DNA of 42,329 bases from a virus. The DNA is taken from UHGV virus genome UHGV-1357302; one strand, written 5' to 3'. Position 1 is the first letter of the stretch; every line of letters begins with the position of its first letter. Made by a program: the position numbers and the translations under genes. The notes under the pieces were generated by a model. The model saw only the letters and a program-made list of their open reading frames with translations, made no database searches and was not told the DNA's origin. Shown in pieces: positions 33,103 to 41,964 of this stretch.

Positions 33103-33628
33103 AGGATTAAGCAAGCACCAAATTGAGATTATCACAGCTAAAGTTCTTGAAATTCAAGAAAAGAAAAAGAAAGAAACAAAAAGAGAAAAAAGAGACTGGA
33201 AATTAAGAAATACAAATTTACTATTGAAAAATTATCGTATGTTAAAAAAACATTGCGATAGCATTGTTCCGACTATTCAAGATTACGAAATAAGCGTATT
33301 TGATTCAGAAGCTTTAAACTTAGATACATTAATGAAATATAAAGCTCGGACAAAAGAAATGCTTGATTATTTTGATTTAATGTTTTCGTCCTACAATAAT
33401 TATTGCAGAAGTAATGGCGATGCAGCGGAGAGAAGATTCGATATTATAAAATCAGTTTATATAGAAGATGGTAATTTCAGAAAATCCAAATCAGAAATGG
33501 CCTCTTATTATGCTATCGATTTTCGAACGGTTGATCGAGATATCAAGAAAGCGACGGATGAGTTATCTATATTCTTGTATGGAATCGATAGCTTGGATGA
33601 TTTAGCAAATGTCTTAAAGTTGTCTTGA
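33095..33628 (+). CDS. ArpU-family late transcriptional regulator
   Basis: 177 aa from MAEGLSKHQ (GGGAGG RBS). Size, basic N-terminal region and position immediately upstream of the terminase small subunit fit the ArpU/RinA-type late activators of Firmicutes phages. Confidence 0.6.
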   Translation: MAEGLSKHQIEIITAKVLEIQEKKKKETKREKRDWKLRNTNLLLKNYRMLKKHCDSIVPTIQDYEISVFDSEALNLDTLMKYKARTKEMLDYFDLMFSSYNNYCRSNGDAAERRFDIIKSVYIEDGNFRKSKSEMASYYAIDFRTVDRDIKKATDELSIFLYGIDSLDDLANVLKLS

Positions 33629-33682
33629 ACATGCCCTATTCAAGATGTTACTATGGTAGCGTGAAATAAATACGTAAAAATA

Positions 33683-33709
33683 AAGACATCTCTTTCGAGG
33701 TGTCTTTTT
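33683..33709 (+). terminator. rho-independent terminator between ArpU and terS
   Basis: Stem aagacatctc / gaggtgtctt (10 bp, one G-U pair), loop tttc, then TTTTG. Confidence 0.55.
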
Positions 33710-33731
33710 GCATTGAAAGAAGGTGAATATC

Positions 33732-34256
33732 ATGGCTGAATCAAAGCAAAGCCAGTTGATTAATGAAATAGCTGATTTAGCATCAGATCTTATGAGTGAG
33801 TGGCCATCCACTCGAAATAAGCAAAAAGAATTCGTGTTAGCATATGTTTCAAATGGTTTTATCAATGGAACAGAGGCTGCAAAAAAAGCAGGGTATAGCG
33901 CTAAAACGGCAGGAACTATTGCTTCTAACTTATTAACAGGAATGAAAAAGTATGAACACATCCCTCCTGTTATTGAAGAACTGAAAAATGCTTATGATGA
34001 AAGAGCGATAGAATTATCTATTGCCTCGGGAACTGAAGTTTTGCAATATCTCACTTCTGTAATGCGTGGATCTCAAAAAGAGCAAACCTTAATCGGCCTG
34101 GGCGAAGGGGCTCAAGGATTAACTGATATTGATGTTGGAGCCAAAGAAAGGCTAAAGGCTGCTGAATTACTGGGCAAACGTCATGCGCTGTTCACTGATA
34201 AACAGGAGATTTCAGCGACCGAAATTGTAACAATAGTGGATGATGTTAATGAGTAA
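33732..34256 (+). CDS. terS: terminase small subunit
   Basis: ATG MAESKQ with GAAGGTGA RBS. HTH-like FINGTEAAKKAGYSAKTAGTIASNLL, typical of phage TerS. Overlaps the terL start. Confidence 0.6.
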   Translation: MAESKQSQLINEIADLASDLMSEWPSTRNKQKEFVLAYVSNGFINGTEAAKKAGYSAKTAGTIASNLLTGMKKYEHIPPVIEELKNAYDERAIELSIASGTEVLQYLTSVMRGSQKEQTLIGLGEGAQGLTDIDVGAKERLKAAELLGKRHALFTDKQEISATEIVTIVDDVNE

Positions 34257-35595
34257 AGTAGTATTATCAGAAATTTTGCTTGATCAGTTTAAACCATTTT
34301 GGGTAGCCTCTAAGAGAAAAAAACATTTAAGATATGTTTTAAAAGGGGGCCGTGGCTCTGGTAAATCATTTCATATTCCAATGCGAATCATGTTAGATAT
34401 TATGGAATATCCTGTTTCTGCTCTGGGAGTTAGGAAAGTTCAGAATACAATACTAAAATCTGTATATGCAAACTTTAAGGGTGCTGCAAACGCTATGGGC
34501 GTTCGGCATCTTTTTCGGTTTGTAGATTCTAAGTTAGAAATTACTTACAGGCCACGGGGTAACAAAATATATTTTGCTGGTGCTGACGATCCCGAAAAAA
34601 TAAAATCTATAAAAGATGCAGATTTCCCTTTAGCTATTATGTGGATAGAAGAACTTGCAGAATTTAAAACCGAAGATGAGGTTACAACAATTGAAAATTC
34701 GGTATTGCGTGAGGAGTTAGAAGGGAAAATTGTAAACGAATCTAAGCGAAAGAATGTTTATCCATTTGATTACAGCTTTTACTATTCTTATAACCCGCCT
34801 AAACGTCGTCAGTCATGGGTTAATAAGAAATATGAATCAAGCTTCATAGATAATAATACCTATGTTCATCATTCGACATATTTAGGAAATCATCACTTAT
34901 CGAAAAAATTTATCGAAGAAGCAGAAAATGTGAAAGCTAATAAGCCTTTAAAATATCGATGGGAATATTTAGGAGAAGCAATTGGGTCAGGTGTTGTACC
35001 TTTCGGTAATCTAAAAATTGAGAAAGGCTGTATCACTGATGAAATGGTTGCTAATTTTGATAATATCAGAAATGGGCTTGACTTTGGCTACGCTACTGAT
35101 CCGCTAGCATTTGTTAGATGGCACTATGACAAAAAGAAAAATGGCATTTATGCTATTGACGAAATCTACGGAGTGAAAATCAGCAATCGAGAATTAGCTA
35201 AAAAAGTAAAAGCAAAAGGATATGAATCAGAAAGAATTGGAGCAGATTCCGCTGAACCTAAATCGATTGCTGAGCTTATTAATGAACACTCGATAAAGAA
35301 ATTATATGGAGTGAAAAAAGGACCTGATTCAGTTGAGTATGGTGAAGAATGGTTAGACGATTTAGATTTTATTTGTATAGATCCTATAAGAACACCAAAT
35401 ATAGCACATGAATTTGAAAATATTGATTATCAAACCGATAGAGATGGTAATCCTAAGCCAAGGCTTGAGGATAAAGATAATCATACAATTGATGCTACTC
35501 GATATGCATTTAGTGAGGATATGAGAAGTAAACGTGAATCAGCAAACGTTAAGAAAACTATTAATACATTCAAAAAGTTAGGATTAAGTAGGTGA
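34240..35595 (+). CDS. terL: terminase large subunit (PBSX/pac-type)
   Basis: Walker A YVLKGGRGSGKSF. ATPase and C-terminal nuclease acidic residues. 451 aa. Confidence 0.85.
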   Translation: MMLMSKVVLSEILLDQFKPFWVASKRKKHLRYVLKGGRGSGKSFHIPMRIMLDIMEYPVSALGVRKVQNTILKSVYANFKGAANAMGVRHLFRFVDSKLEITYRPRGNKIYFAGADDPEKIKSIKDADFPLAIMWIEELAEFKTEDEVTTIENSVLREELEGKIVNESKRKNVYPFDYSFYYSYNPPKRRQSWVNKKYESSFIDNNTYVHHSTYLGNHHLSKKFIEEAENVKANKPLKYRWEYLGEAIGSGVVPFGNLKIEKGCITDEMVANFDNIRNGLDFGYATDPLAFVRWHYDKKKNGIYAIDEIYGVKISNRELAKKVKAKGYESERIGADSAEPKSIAELINEHSIKKLYGVKKGPDSVEYGEEWLDDLDFICIDPIRTPNIAHEFENIDYQTDRDGNPKPRLEDKDNHTIDATRYAFSEDMRSKRESANVKKTINTFKKLGLSR

Positions 35596-35599
35596 TAGA

Positions 35600-37213
35600 G
35601 TGGATAATAAATTATTGAACGGTTCTAGGTTTGATAAAGAAGCAAATCTAGTTTATAAAGTGCCAGTAAGCAAACTGCCTACTCGAATAATGCAATATTC
35701 GAACGGAGAAAAAGAAGAAGTCATAGATTTTGAGCACCAGGATGTTTTTAATATGATTGTTAAATTTGTTCAACACCATAAAGAAAAACAAGTTCCTCGC
35801 CTTAAAGAATTAAAGCGTTATTCTTTAGCGCAAAATAATATTAAGTTCACTGAAGATAAAAGTGAAAATCGAGCAGATAACAAGATTGCAAATGATTGGG
35901 CTAGATTTATTGTCAATTTTAAAAAAGGCGTGTTACTAGGTAATCCTTTGAAGTACAATGGCGATAAAACTATTGCTGATAAAATTAATGATTTTTCTAG
36001 CAAATCAAATGAAGATTATCATAATCAGTTAATGTTAGACGACTTGCTTGTATATGGAAGAGCATTTGAATATATCGGTAGAGATGAATACGGTAAAGAA
36101 ATGTTAGCTAAATTCAGTCCAGAAGAGACGTTCGTTATTTATGATACAACGACAAACAAGAATTCTGTATGTGCTATTCACTGTTATGATCTGGAGTTTA
36201 ACGATGAAACATTTAGTTATATCGATATTTATGCCAATGATGGTTATTTTTATCAACATGAATCAAAAAATCAAGACTATGAACAATCTAAATTAATTGA
36301 TAAATATCAAACTTTCTTTGATTCTATTCAAGTAAATGAATGGATTAACAATGAAGAGCGTTTAGGAGACTTTGAAACAGTTTTAGATAATATAGATGCA
36401 TATGATTTATCACAATCTTCAATGGCTAATTTCCAACAAGATTCATCTGAAGCTTATTTAGTTATTAAAGGAAACCCCGAAACTGCTATAGATGATGAAG
36501 AAGGTAATTCTGCAGTAGACGTTTTAAACGACATGATAAAAGCTAGATTGTTAATATTAGGGGATAAGAAATATTATGGTGATGGTCAAACAGGTAGCGA
36601 TCCTGATGCATACTATTTGAAAAAAGAGTATGATACACAAGGAACAGAGGCATATAATGACCGTTTGGTTTCTGATATGTTGCGCTTCACTTCTTTAATT
36701 GATTTTACCGATGAAAATATTGGTAGTAATCAGTCTGGCATTGGATTTAGATTTAAAGGTTGGGGAAGTGACAATGATAGAAAGAACAAAGAAAGAATGG
36801 TCAAAAAAGCAATCATGAGAAGACTAAGATTACTAACTTATTCTTGGTCATTGAAAGATAACTTAAATAAACCAACAGGGCTTGCTGAGAAAGTTAAGTC
36901 TTTTTTTGTATCTAGAGATAATGATAAAGAGCTGCTTTTTGAAAAGGTGAATGCTATAGAGATATTATTCACACCAAACGTTCCTCAATCAGATAAAGAA
37001 ATTATGGAAGTTATTGCCGGAATGGTTGGAATTGTTTCAGATGAAACACTTTGCGAAATGGCGGCTAAATTGACTGGTGTTCCTGTTCAAACAGAACTAA
37101 AGAGGTTGAAAAAGGAAAATCAGCCAGATACATTATCCGATGAAGATACAGCGAAGCTTAAAGAAAAACAGGCAGAGTTTTTGGCGAATCAGTCGGAAAC
37201 AGAGGAGGACTGA
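35600..37213 (+). CDS. portal protein (SPP1 gp6-like)
   Basis: 537 aa directly after terL, with the acidic C-terminal tail typical of portals. Confidence 0.8.
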   Translation: MDNKLLNGSRFDKEANLVYKVPVSKLPTRIMQYSNGEKEEVIDFEHQDVFNMIVKFVQHHKEKQVPRLKELKRYSLAQNNIKFTEDKSENRADNKIANDWARFIVNFKKGVLLGNPLKYNGDKTIADKINDFSSKSNEDYHNQLMLDDLLVYGRAFEYIGRDEYGKEMLAKFSPEETFVIYDTTTNKNSVCAIHCYDLEFNDETFSYIDIYANDGYFYQHESKNQDYEQSKLIDKYQTFFDSIQVNEWINNEERLGDFETVLDNIDAYDLSQSSMANFQQDSSEAYLVIKGNPETAIDDEEGNSAVDVLNDMIKARLLILGDKKYYGDGQTGSDPDAYYLKKEYDTQGTEAYNDRLVSDMLRFTSLIDFTDENIGSNQSGIGFRFKGWGSDNDRKNKERMVKKAIMRRLRLLTYSWSLKDNLNKPTGLAEKVKSFFVSRDNDKELLFEKVNAIEILFTPNVPQSDKEIMEVIAGMVGIVSDETLCEMAAKLTGVPVQTELKRLKKENQPDTLSDEDTAKLKEKQAEFLANQSETEED

Positions 37214-37218
37214 TTTAG

Positions 37219-38157
37219 ATGTCCTATTTAAAAGATCGTGAAGATGCTTGGATCAAAGAGCAGATGAAGCTAGATCGTAATAGAGAAAAAGAAATTGTTA
37301 AACAGCTTCAAAATGCTATTGATGCGATTCAAAAGGAAATTGAAGCTAACTGGGATAGATTTTCCAATGGCCAAAAGATTACGATTAGCGAAGCAAGAAA
37401 AATGGCTAATAAGATGGACGTAAAACGCTTTGAGAGAAAAGCGAAGGAGTATGTAAAAAATAAAGACTTTAGTCCACAGGCTAATAAAGAATTGAAAATC
37501 TATAACTTAGTAATGCGAGTGTCTAGATTAGAGCTATTAAAGTCTCAAATTGGCTTAGAACTAATCACGTTGTTTGATGAGCTAGATAAGTGGGGATATT
37601 CTCAGTTAACTGAAGCCGCAAAAGATGAATATTTAAGACAGGCGGGAATACTAGGCGAAACCGTTAAAGAAAATTATTCGTCTAAGGTTAGAAAAATTGT
37701 TAATGCCTCATTCAAATCAAGTGACTTCCCTTCGTTTAGTGATAACATTTGGCAAAATTTTGTTGAAATGAAAGCTGATTTAGAAAAAACAATCACTCAG
37801 GCAATCACTCAAGGTAAAAATCCAAGAGCAGTAGCAAAAGAGATGGCTAAATTTTTAAAGCCTAACCAATTAAATATAAGATACAAGCTAAATAGGCTAA
37901 TGATGACTGAAATATCTGGTGTTCAAACAGATATTCAAAAGCAAAGCTACTTGGATGCAGATATCAAAGAATATGATTACATTGCAGAACCGTTTGCCTG
38001 TGAAATATGTAAAAAAGTAGCTAAGGGTAGTCCTTATAAAGTACTAAAGATGAAAAAAGGAATTAATGCTCCTTATATGCATTCTCATTGTAAGTGCTCT
38101 ACTGTCCCTAAAGTTAGTGAGGATTATGAGAAGTCGCTGAAAGAAAGAGGTTTGTAA
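37219..38157 (+). CDS. minor head protein (SPP1 gp7 / Mu F-like head morphogenesis protein)
   Basis: 312 aa following the portal. A Cys cluster near the C-terminus (CEICKK...HCKC). Confidence 0.65.
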   Translation: MSYLKDREDAWIKEQMKLDRNREKEIVKQLQNAIDAIQKEIEANWDRFSNGQKITISEARKMANKMDVKRFERKAKEYVKNKDFSPQANKELKIYNLVMRVSRLELLKSQIGLELITLFDELDKWGYSQLTEAAKDEYLRQAGILGETVKENYSSKVRKIVNASFKSSDFPSFSDNIWQNFVEMKADLEKTITQAITQGKNPRAVAKEMAKFLKPNQLNIRYKLNRLMMTEISGVQTDIQKQSYLDADIKEYDYIAEPFACEICKKVAKGSPYKVLKMKKGINAPYMHSHCKCSTVPKVSEDYEKSLKERGL

Positions 38158-38427
38158 ATGGATAATCTATATAAATGCAATCAATGTCATAAACACACTC
38201 CTTTAATTAGAAAATCTGAAAATATCACGAAGGATGTCGAACACCATTATGCTGAATGTGCAAATTGTGGATATAAAGCGACAATTATGTATATGAATAC
38301 CGAAATCAAGTTATTAATGTATGAACAAAGAAAAACAAAATTTGGTACAAAAAAGAAAGGTAAATTGACAGAAAAGCTAAACAGACTAATTTCTCAATTA
38401 AGAAAAGAAGTCGAGGGATCAAGTTGA
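38158..38427 (+). CDS. small zinc-ribbon protein (CxxC...CxxC)
   Basis: 89 aa: CNQCHKH...CANCGY. The ATG abuts the previous stop. Confidence 0.4.
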   Translation: MDNLYKCNQCHKHTPLIRKSENITKDVEHHYAECANCGYKATIMYMNTEIKLLMYEQRKTKFGTKKKGKLTEKLNRLISQLRKEVEGSS

Positions 38428-38645
38428 AAAGTTATTCTTTAGTTTATTGGTCAGGTGTTGACGATGAAACTGGTGCGTTTAAGCAAATAGATTGTCTCAT
38501 TAATGATGAAACAGTTCAGAAATTGCTTGAAGGTAAACCTAAATTTATCTCAATTATTATTGATGATGGTGAACAAATGTTAATTCAAACGGATAATATC
38601 AATCAGATAAAACAAGTTTATGAAAAATACGGCAGAAAGGCGTGA
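38424..38645 (+). CDS. hypothetical protein (73 aa, TTG start)
   Basis: Overlaps the previous stop. No ATG alternative nearby. Confidence 0.3.
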   Translation: MKSYSLVYWSGVDDETGAFKQIDCLINDETVQKLLEGKPKFISIIIDDGEQMLIQTDNINQIKQVYEKYGRKA

Positions 38646-38839
38646 TTCTATGAATGACGATCCTTACGATTACTTAGATGCTGATTATGAAGAATATTTA
38701 AAGAGAGAAGAGTCTAACAAACGTTAGGCTTTTTATATTGCCTTCTTACTGCTTACAGGCACTAAAGAGAAAGCTGTTTCGATTGATAGGCGTAACTTAT
38801 CAAATATATCGGGTAGCGGCGTAACCGTGGAGGATAATC

Positions 38840-39481
38840 ATGAAAACAAAAAAACTATTATTGCCAATGCATTTACAATTCTTTGCTGATAATCCAGATA
38901 CTGGCGCTGGGGATACGGACCAACCGGCCGGAGGTCAAGAGCAAACACCGCCAGAAGATGATAGTAAAGATAAAGGCAATGGAAAAACGTTTTCTCGTGA
39001 TGAAGTAGCAAAAATGATTGCTGCTGAAGTATCAAAAACAAAAGAAGCTTGGGAAAAAGAGCTTCAAGAGAAACAAGAAGAAGCCGATAAATTAGCCAAA
39101 ATGAATGATCAGGAGAAAAATGATCATGAAAAGCAGAAGTTACTTGAAAAAATCAAAGAGCTGGAAAGTGCGCAAAACTTAGCTGAAATGTCTAAGACTG
39201 CTACTACAATGTTTTCTGATAAAGGTATTCAAGCGACTGAGGGATTACTTACGTTAGTAGTAAAGGAAACAGCAGAGGAGACATCTGAAAATGTTAAAGC
39301 TGTTGTAAAACTTATCGAAACTGAACGTGAAGCGATTAAAGCAGATTTTGAGAAACGAATTGGTTCTAAACTCCCACTTGATGGAAATGCTGATGCTAGC
39401 TTATCTCGTGGTGCACAAATGGCTAAACAAGCAAATAATCAAAATAAAGCGCCTGAAAATAATCCTTGGGCGACAAATTAG
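38840..39481 (+). CDS. head scaffolding protein
   Basis: RBS GGAGGATAATCATG. The N-terminus MKTKKLLLPMHLQFFAD carries the LQFFA motif characteristic of scaffold and prohead proteins. Highly charged coiled coil. Immediately upstream of the capsid gene. Confidence 0.65.
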   Translation: MKTKKLLLPMHLQFFADNPDTGAGDTDQPAGGQEQTPPEDDSKDKGNGKTFSRDEVAKMIAAEVSKTKEAWEKELQEKQEEADKLAKMNDQEKNDHEKQKLLEKIKELESAQNLAEMSKTATTMFSDKGIQATEGLLTLVVKETAEETSENVKAVVKLIETEREAIKADFEKRIGSKLPLDGNADASLSRGAQMAKQANNQNKAPENNPWATN

Positions 39482-39493
39482 GAGGAATTTTGA

Positions 39494-39835
39494 ATGGTTT
39501 ATGTAAAGAAAACTCAAACATATCAAGATATTAATTTTTTAAAGAGCGAAAAATTCATTTCATTTACAAAACAAGTTGATGAAACAACTGAAGGGGTAGA
39601 AAAAGGAGTGCTACCTGCAGGGTCAGTGTTCCCTAAAAATGATGCTACAGCAGAAGGTATTACAATTAATGATGTTGATGTATCAAATGGACCACAACCA
39701 GTGGGCGTAATTGTTGAAGGGCATGTTCTTATTAAACGATTACCAGTTGAGCCATCATCGGAAGCTCAAAAAGCAATGCGTGAAGTTAAATTTTATGATG
39801 CAAACGGTAAAATGCTAGCAGTTCCAACTGCTTAA
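39494..39835 (+). CDS. hypothetical head protein (113 aa) between the scaffold and the major capsid protein
   Basis: RBS GGAGGAATTTTGAATG. Decoration or auxiliary capsid protein by position only. Confidence 0.4.
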   Translation: MVYVKKTQTYQDINFLKSEKFISFTKQVDETTEGVEKGVLPAGSVFPKNDATAEGITINDVDVSNGPQPVGVIVEGHVLIKRLPVEPSSEAQKAMREVKFYDANGKMLAVPTA

Positions 39836-39857
39836 TAAATAATTAGGAGGATTTCAA

Positions 39858-40871
39858 ATGGCAAATATTGCAGAATTATTTTCACAGAAAAATGTATTAG
39901 ATTATGTAAATAATCGTCAAGCACCAGTTTTATTAGGAGAAACATTGTTTCCAGCACGTAAGGTACAGGGGTTAGAGTTTGATGTTTTAAAAGCGGGATC
40001 TAAAATCCCAACAATTGCAAGCGTTCATGCGTTCGATACAGAAGCTGAGATTGCTTCACGTGTTGGATCGAAAACAGCTCAAGAGTTAGCGTTCATCAAA
40101 CGTAAAATTCAATTAAAAGAAAAAGATTTAATGGCCTTACGCAAGCCTCGTGATGCAGCAGAACAACGTTTCTTAGAACAAGAAGTGTACAACGATGTAG
40201 ATGCAATGGTTGGATCTGTAAATGCGCGTGTTGAAAAGATGCGAATGGAAGTATTAGCAAATGGAACAGTTACATTAGACGAAAATGGTTTAGATTTAGT
40301 AGTTGATTACGGCGTACCAAAAGAACATCAAGCTACAGCTGACTTTACTGCACCTGAAACAGATGTTATTGGGCTATTGACTGAATGGGCAAGCGCTTTG
40401 GATACTACGCCTACTCGTATCTTAACATCTACAAAAGTACGCAACGCGATTCTTCAAAACACTGGGATTAAAGCATATTTTAAAGATGCAGGATTATTGC
40501 CAACAATCGGCTCTTTAAATCAAATGTTCCAACAGTTTGGATTGCCAACGCTTGTAACTTATGATGCGAAATACAACAAAGAAAATGAAAAGGGCGTATT
40601 AGTAAAAGAACGTTATTTCCCAGAAAACAAGCTAGTCATGTTTGGTGATGAAAACCCAGGAGAGTCTATTTTCGGTGTAACACCAGAAGAATCTCGTTTG
40701 TTATCAACTGGATCAAATAACTACACAGTAGGCAATATTTTCGCAATGGTATACGAATCTAATTTAGACCCAGTTGGAACATGGACTAAAGCATCAGGAA
40801 CAGCTCTACCAAGTTTCCCAGAAGCTGACAATGTATTCCAAGCTACTGTCTTACCTGATTCAAAAAAATAG
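39858..40871 (+). CDS. major capsid protein (zero-frame product)
   Basis: 337 aa with RBS AGGAGGATTTCAAATG, following the scaffold. Ends in ...LPDSKK with the A7 run before TAG. Confidence 0.8.
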   Translation: MANIAELFSQKNVLDYVNNRQAPVLLGETLFPARKVQGLEFDVLKAGSKIPTIASVHAFDTEAEIASRVGSKTAQELAFIKRKIQLKEKDLMALRKPRDAAEQRFLEQEVYNDVDAMVGSVNARVEKMRMEVLANGTVTLDENGLDLVVDYGVPKEHQATADFTAPETDVIGLLTEWASALDTTPTRILTSTKVRNAILQNTGIKAYFKDAGLLPTIGSLNQMFQQFGLPTLVTYDAKYNKENEKGVLVKERYFPENKLVMFGDENPGESIFGVTPEESRLLSTGSNNYTVGNIFAMVYESNLDPVGTWTKASGTALPSFPEADNVFQATVLPDSKK

Positions 40872-40933
40872 AAGCCCCGAAAGTTGAAAGTGTAACACCA
40901 ACAACTGACGGGGCCTCAATCGTATTAAGTTAG
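40862..40933 (+). other. putative -1 programmed frameshift site (A AAA AAA, 40862-40868) plus 21-codon -1-frame extension (40868-40933) of the major capsid protein
   Basis: The -1 frame reads IEAPKVESVTPTTDGASIVLS then stops at TAG 40931-33. It is paralogous to the tail-protein extension (SVTPT(V/T)DGASI(E/V)LS), and most nucleotide differences are synonymous in this frame. Confidence 0.45.
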
Positions 40934-40944
40934 GTGGTGTTTAA

Positions 40945-41277
40945 ATGCCTAGCATTACAGAGGACATAACAAAACTGTTAAATAGTCCAGCTAATGAAAA
41001 GTTAGAAGTGATTGAGCGACGAACTCGAGAACGTCTCAATAGTTTGTTAAATGTATCGGAAACACCAAGCAAATTTGATTCGATTATATACGAGGTCGTT
41101 TTAAAAAGATTTAACCGGATTGGTCAAGAGGGTATGATTTCATATTCTCAAGAAGGTTTAACAATGGCCTTTCCTGATTCTGATTTCTCTGAATATGAAA
41201 AACAAATTAACGATTATTTGAATGAAGAAAAAGAAGTGCAATATAAAAAACTTCGTGGAAAGGCCCGATTCGTATGA
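40945..41277 (+). CDS. head-tail connector (gp6-like adaptor)
   Basis: 110 aa immediately after the capsid gene. Typical position and size. Confidence 0.5.
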   Translation: MPSITEDITKLLNSPANEKLEVIERRTRERLNSLLNVSETPSKFDSIIYEVVLKRFNRIGQEGMISYSQEGLTMAFPDSDFSEYEKQINDYLNEEKEVQYKKLRGKARFV

Positions 41278-41609
41278 GATATACAGATGAAATTACCTTT
41301 GTAAAAAAATCTTCAGAATCGCATTATGATCCAAACTCAGGGGAATGGATTGAAGAAGAACCGTTTAGAAAAACTACTGATGTCAATTTAACTGATATTG
41401 GTACAGATCGTTCTATTACTATTTTCGGAAGCATTAAAGAAGGGGCTAAGGTCATTAGGACACAGCCCCTTTTTGTTATTCCAGAATTTGATTACATTGA
41501 GTTTGAGGGTAAAACTTGGGAAGTTATTACAAGTAGAGTTCCTGCATTAAGAAATAGCTTGATTGTTCATGAGGTGATTATTGATGGCAAGAAGTCAAGT
41601 AAGAATTAA
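41274..41609 (+). CDS. head closure / head-tail joining protein
   Basis: 111 aa. ATGA-coupled to the previous ORF. Confidence 0.45.
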   Translation: MRYTDEITFVKKSSESHYDPNSGEWIEEEPFRKTTDVNLTDIGTDRSITIFGSIKEGAKVIRTQPLFVIPEFDYIEFEGKTWEVITSRVPALRNSLIVHEVIIDGKKSSKN

Positions 41610-41964
41610 TGGATTAGCTGGAATTTCTAAAAAACTAAAGAGAAATGCTCAACTTGATGATGTGAAAAAAGTTGTTAGAAATAACACAGCAGAATTAACC
41701 GCCAATATGCAAGCTGAAGCCGGAAAAGTGTTAACTGGACACTGGGAAGGTAAAAAGTTTGTTAAACCTACTGGGGCAACAAAAAGAAGTATCGTTATGA
41801 GGCTTTCGAACAATGGTTTTTCTGGGCATACAGGACCAGGAACGGAGTACGCACCGTATTTAATAAACGGTACGAGATTTATGGTGAAACGTGATTTCTT
41901 TTTACCACCGCTGAAACAACAAAAAGTGAAATTTAGAACGGATTTGGAAAGGTTGATGAAATGA
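41584..41964 (+). CDS. HK97 gp10-like tail-component protein
   Basis: [14 protein letters not shown] (the track's start is an upstream TTG). Position and size match the family. Confidence 0.45.
   Translation: MARSQVRINGLAGISKKLKRNAQLDDVKKVVRNNTAELTANMQAEAGKVLTGHWEGKKFVKPTGATKRSIVMRLSNNGFSGHTGPGTEYAPYLINGTRFMVKRDFFLPPLKQQKVKFRTDLERLMK

Noticed and set aside
33614-33961. 115-aa - strand ORF overlapping the ArpU-to-terS junction
   Set aside because: It overlaps the terS start and the intergenic terminator on the opposite strand and has no RBS. terS and ArpU are far better supported.
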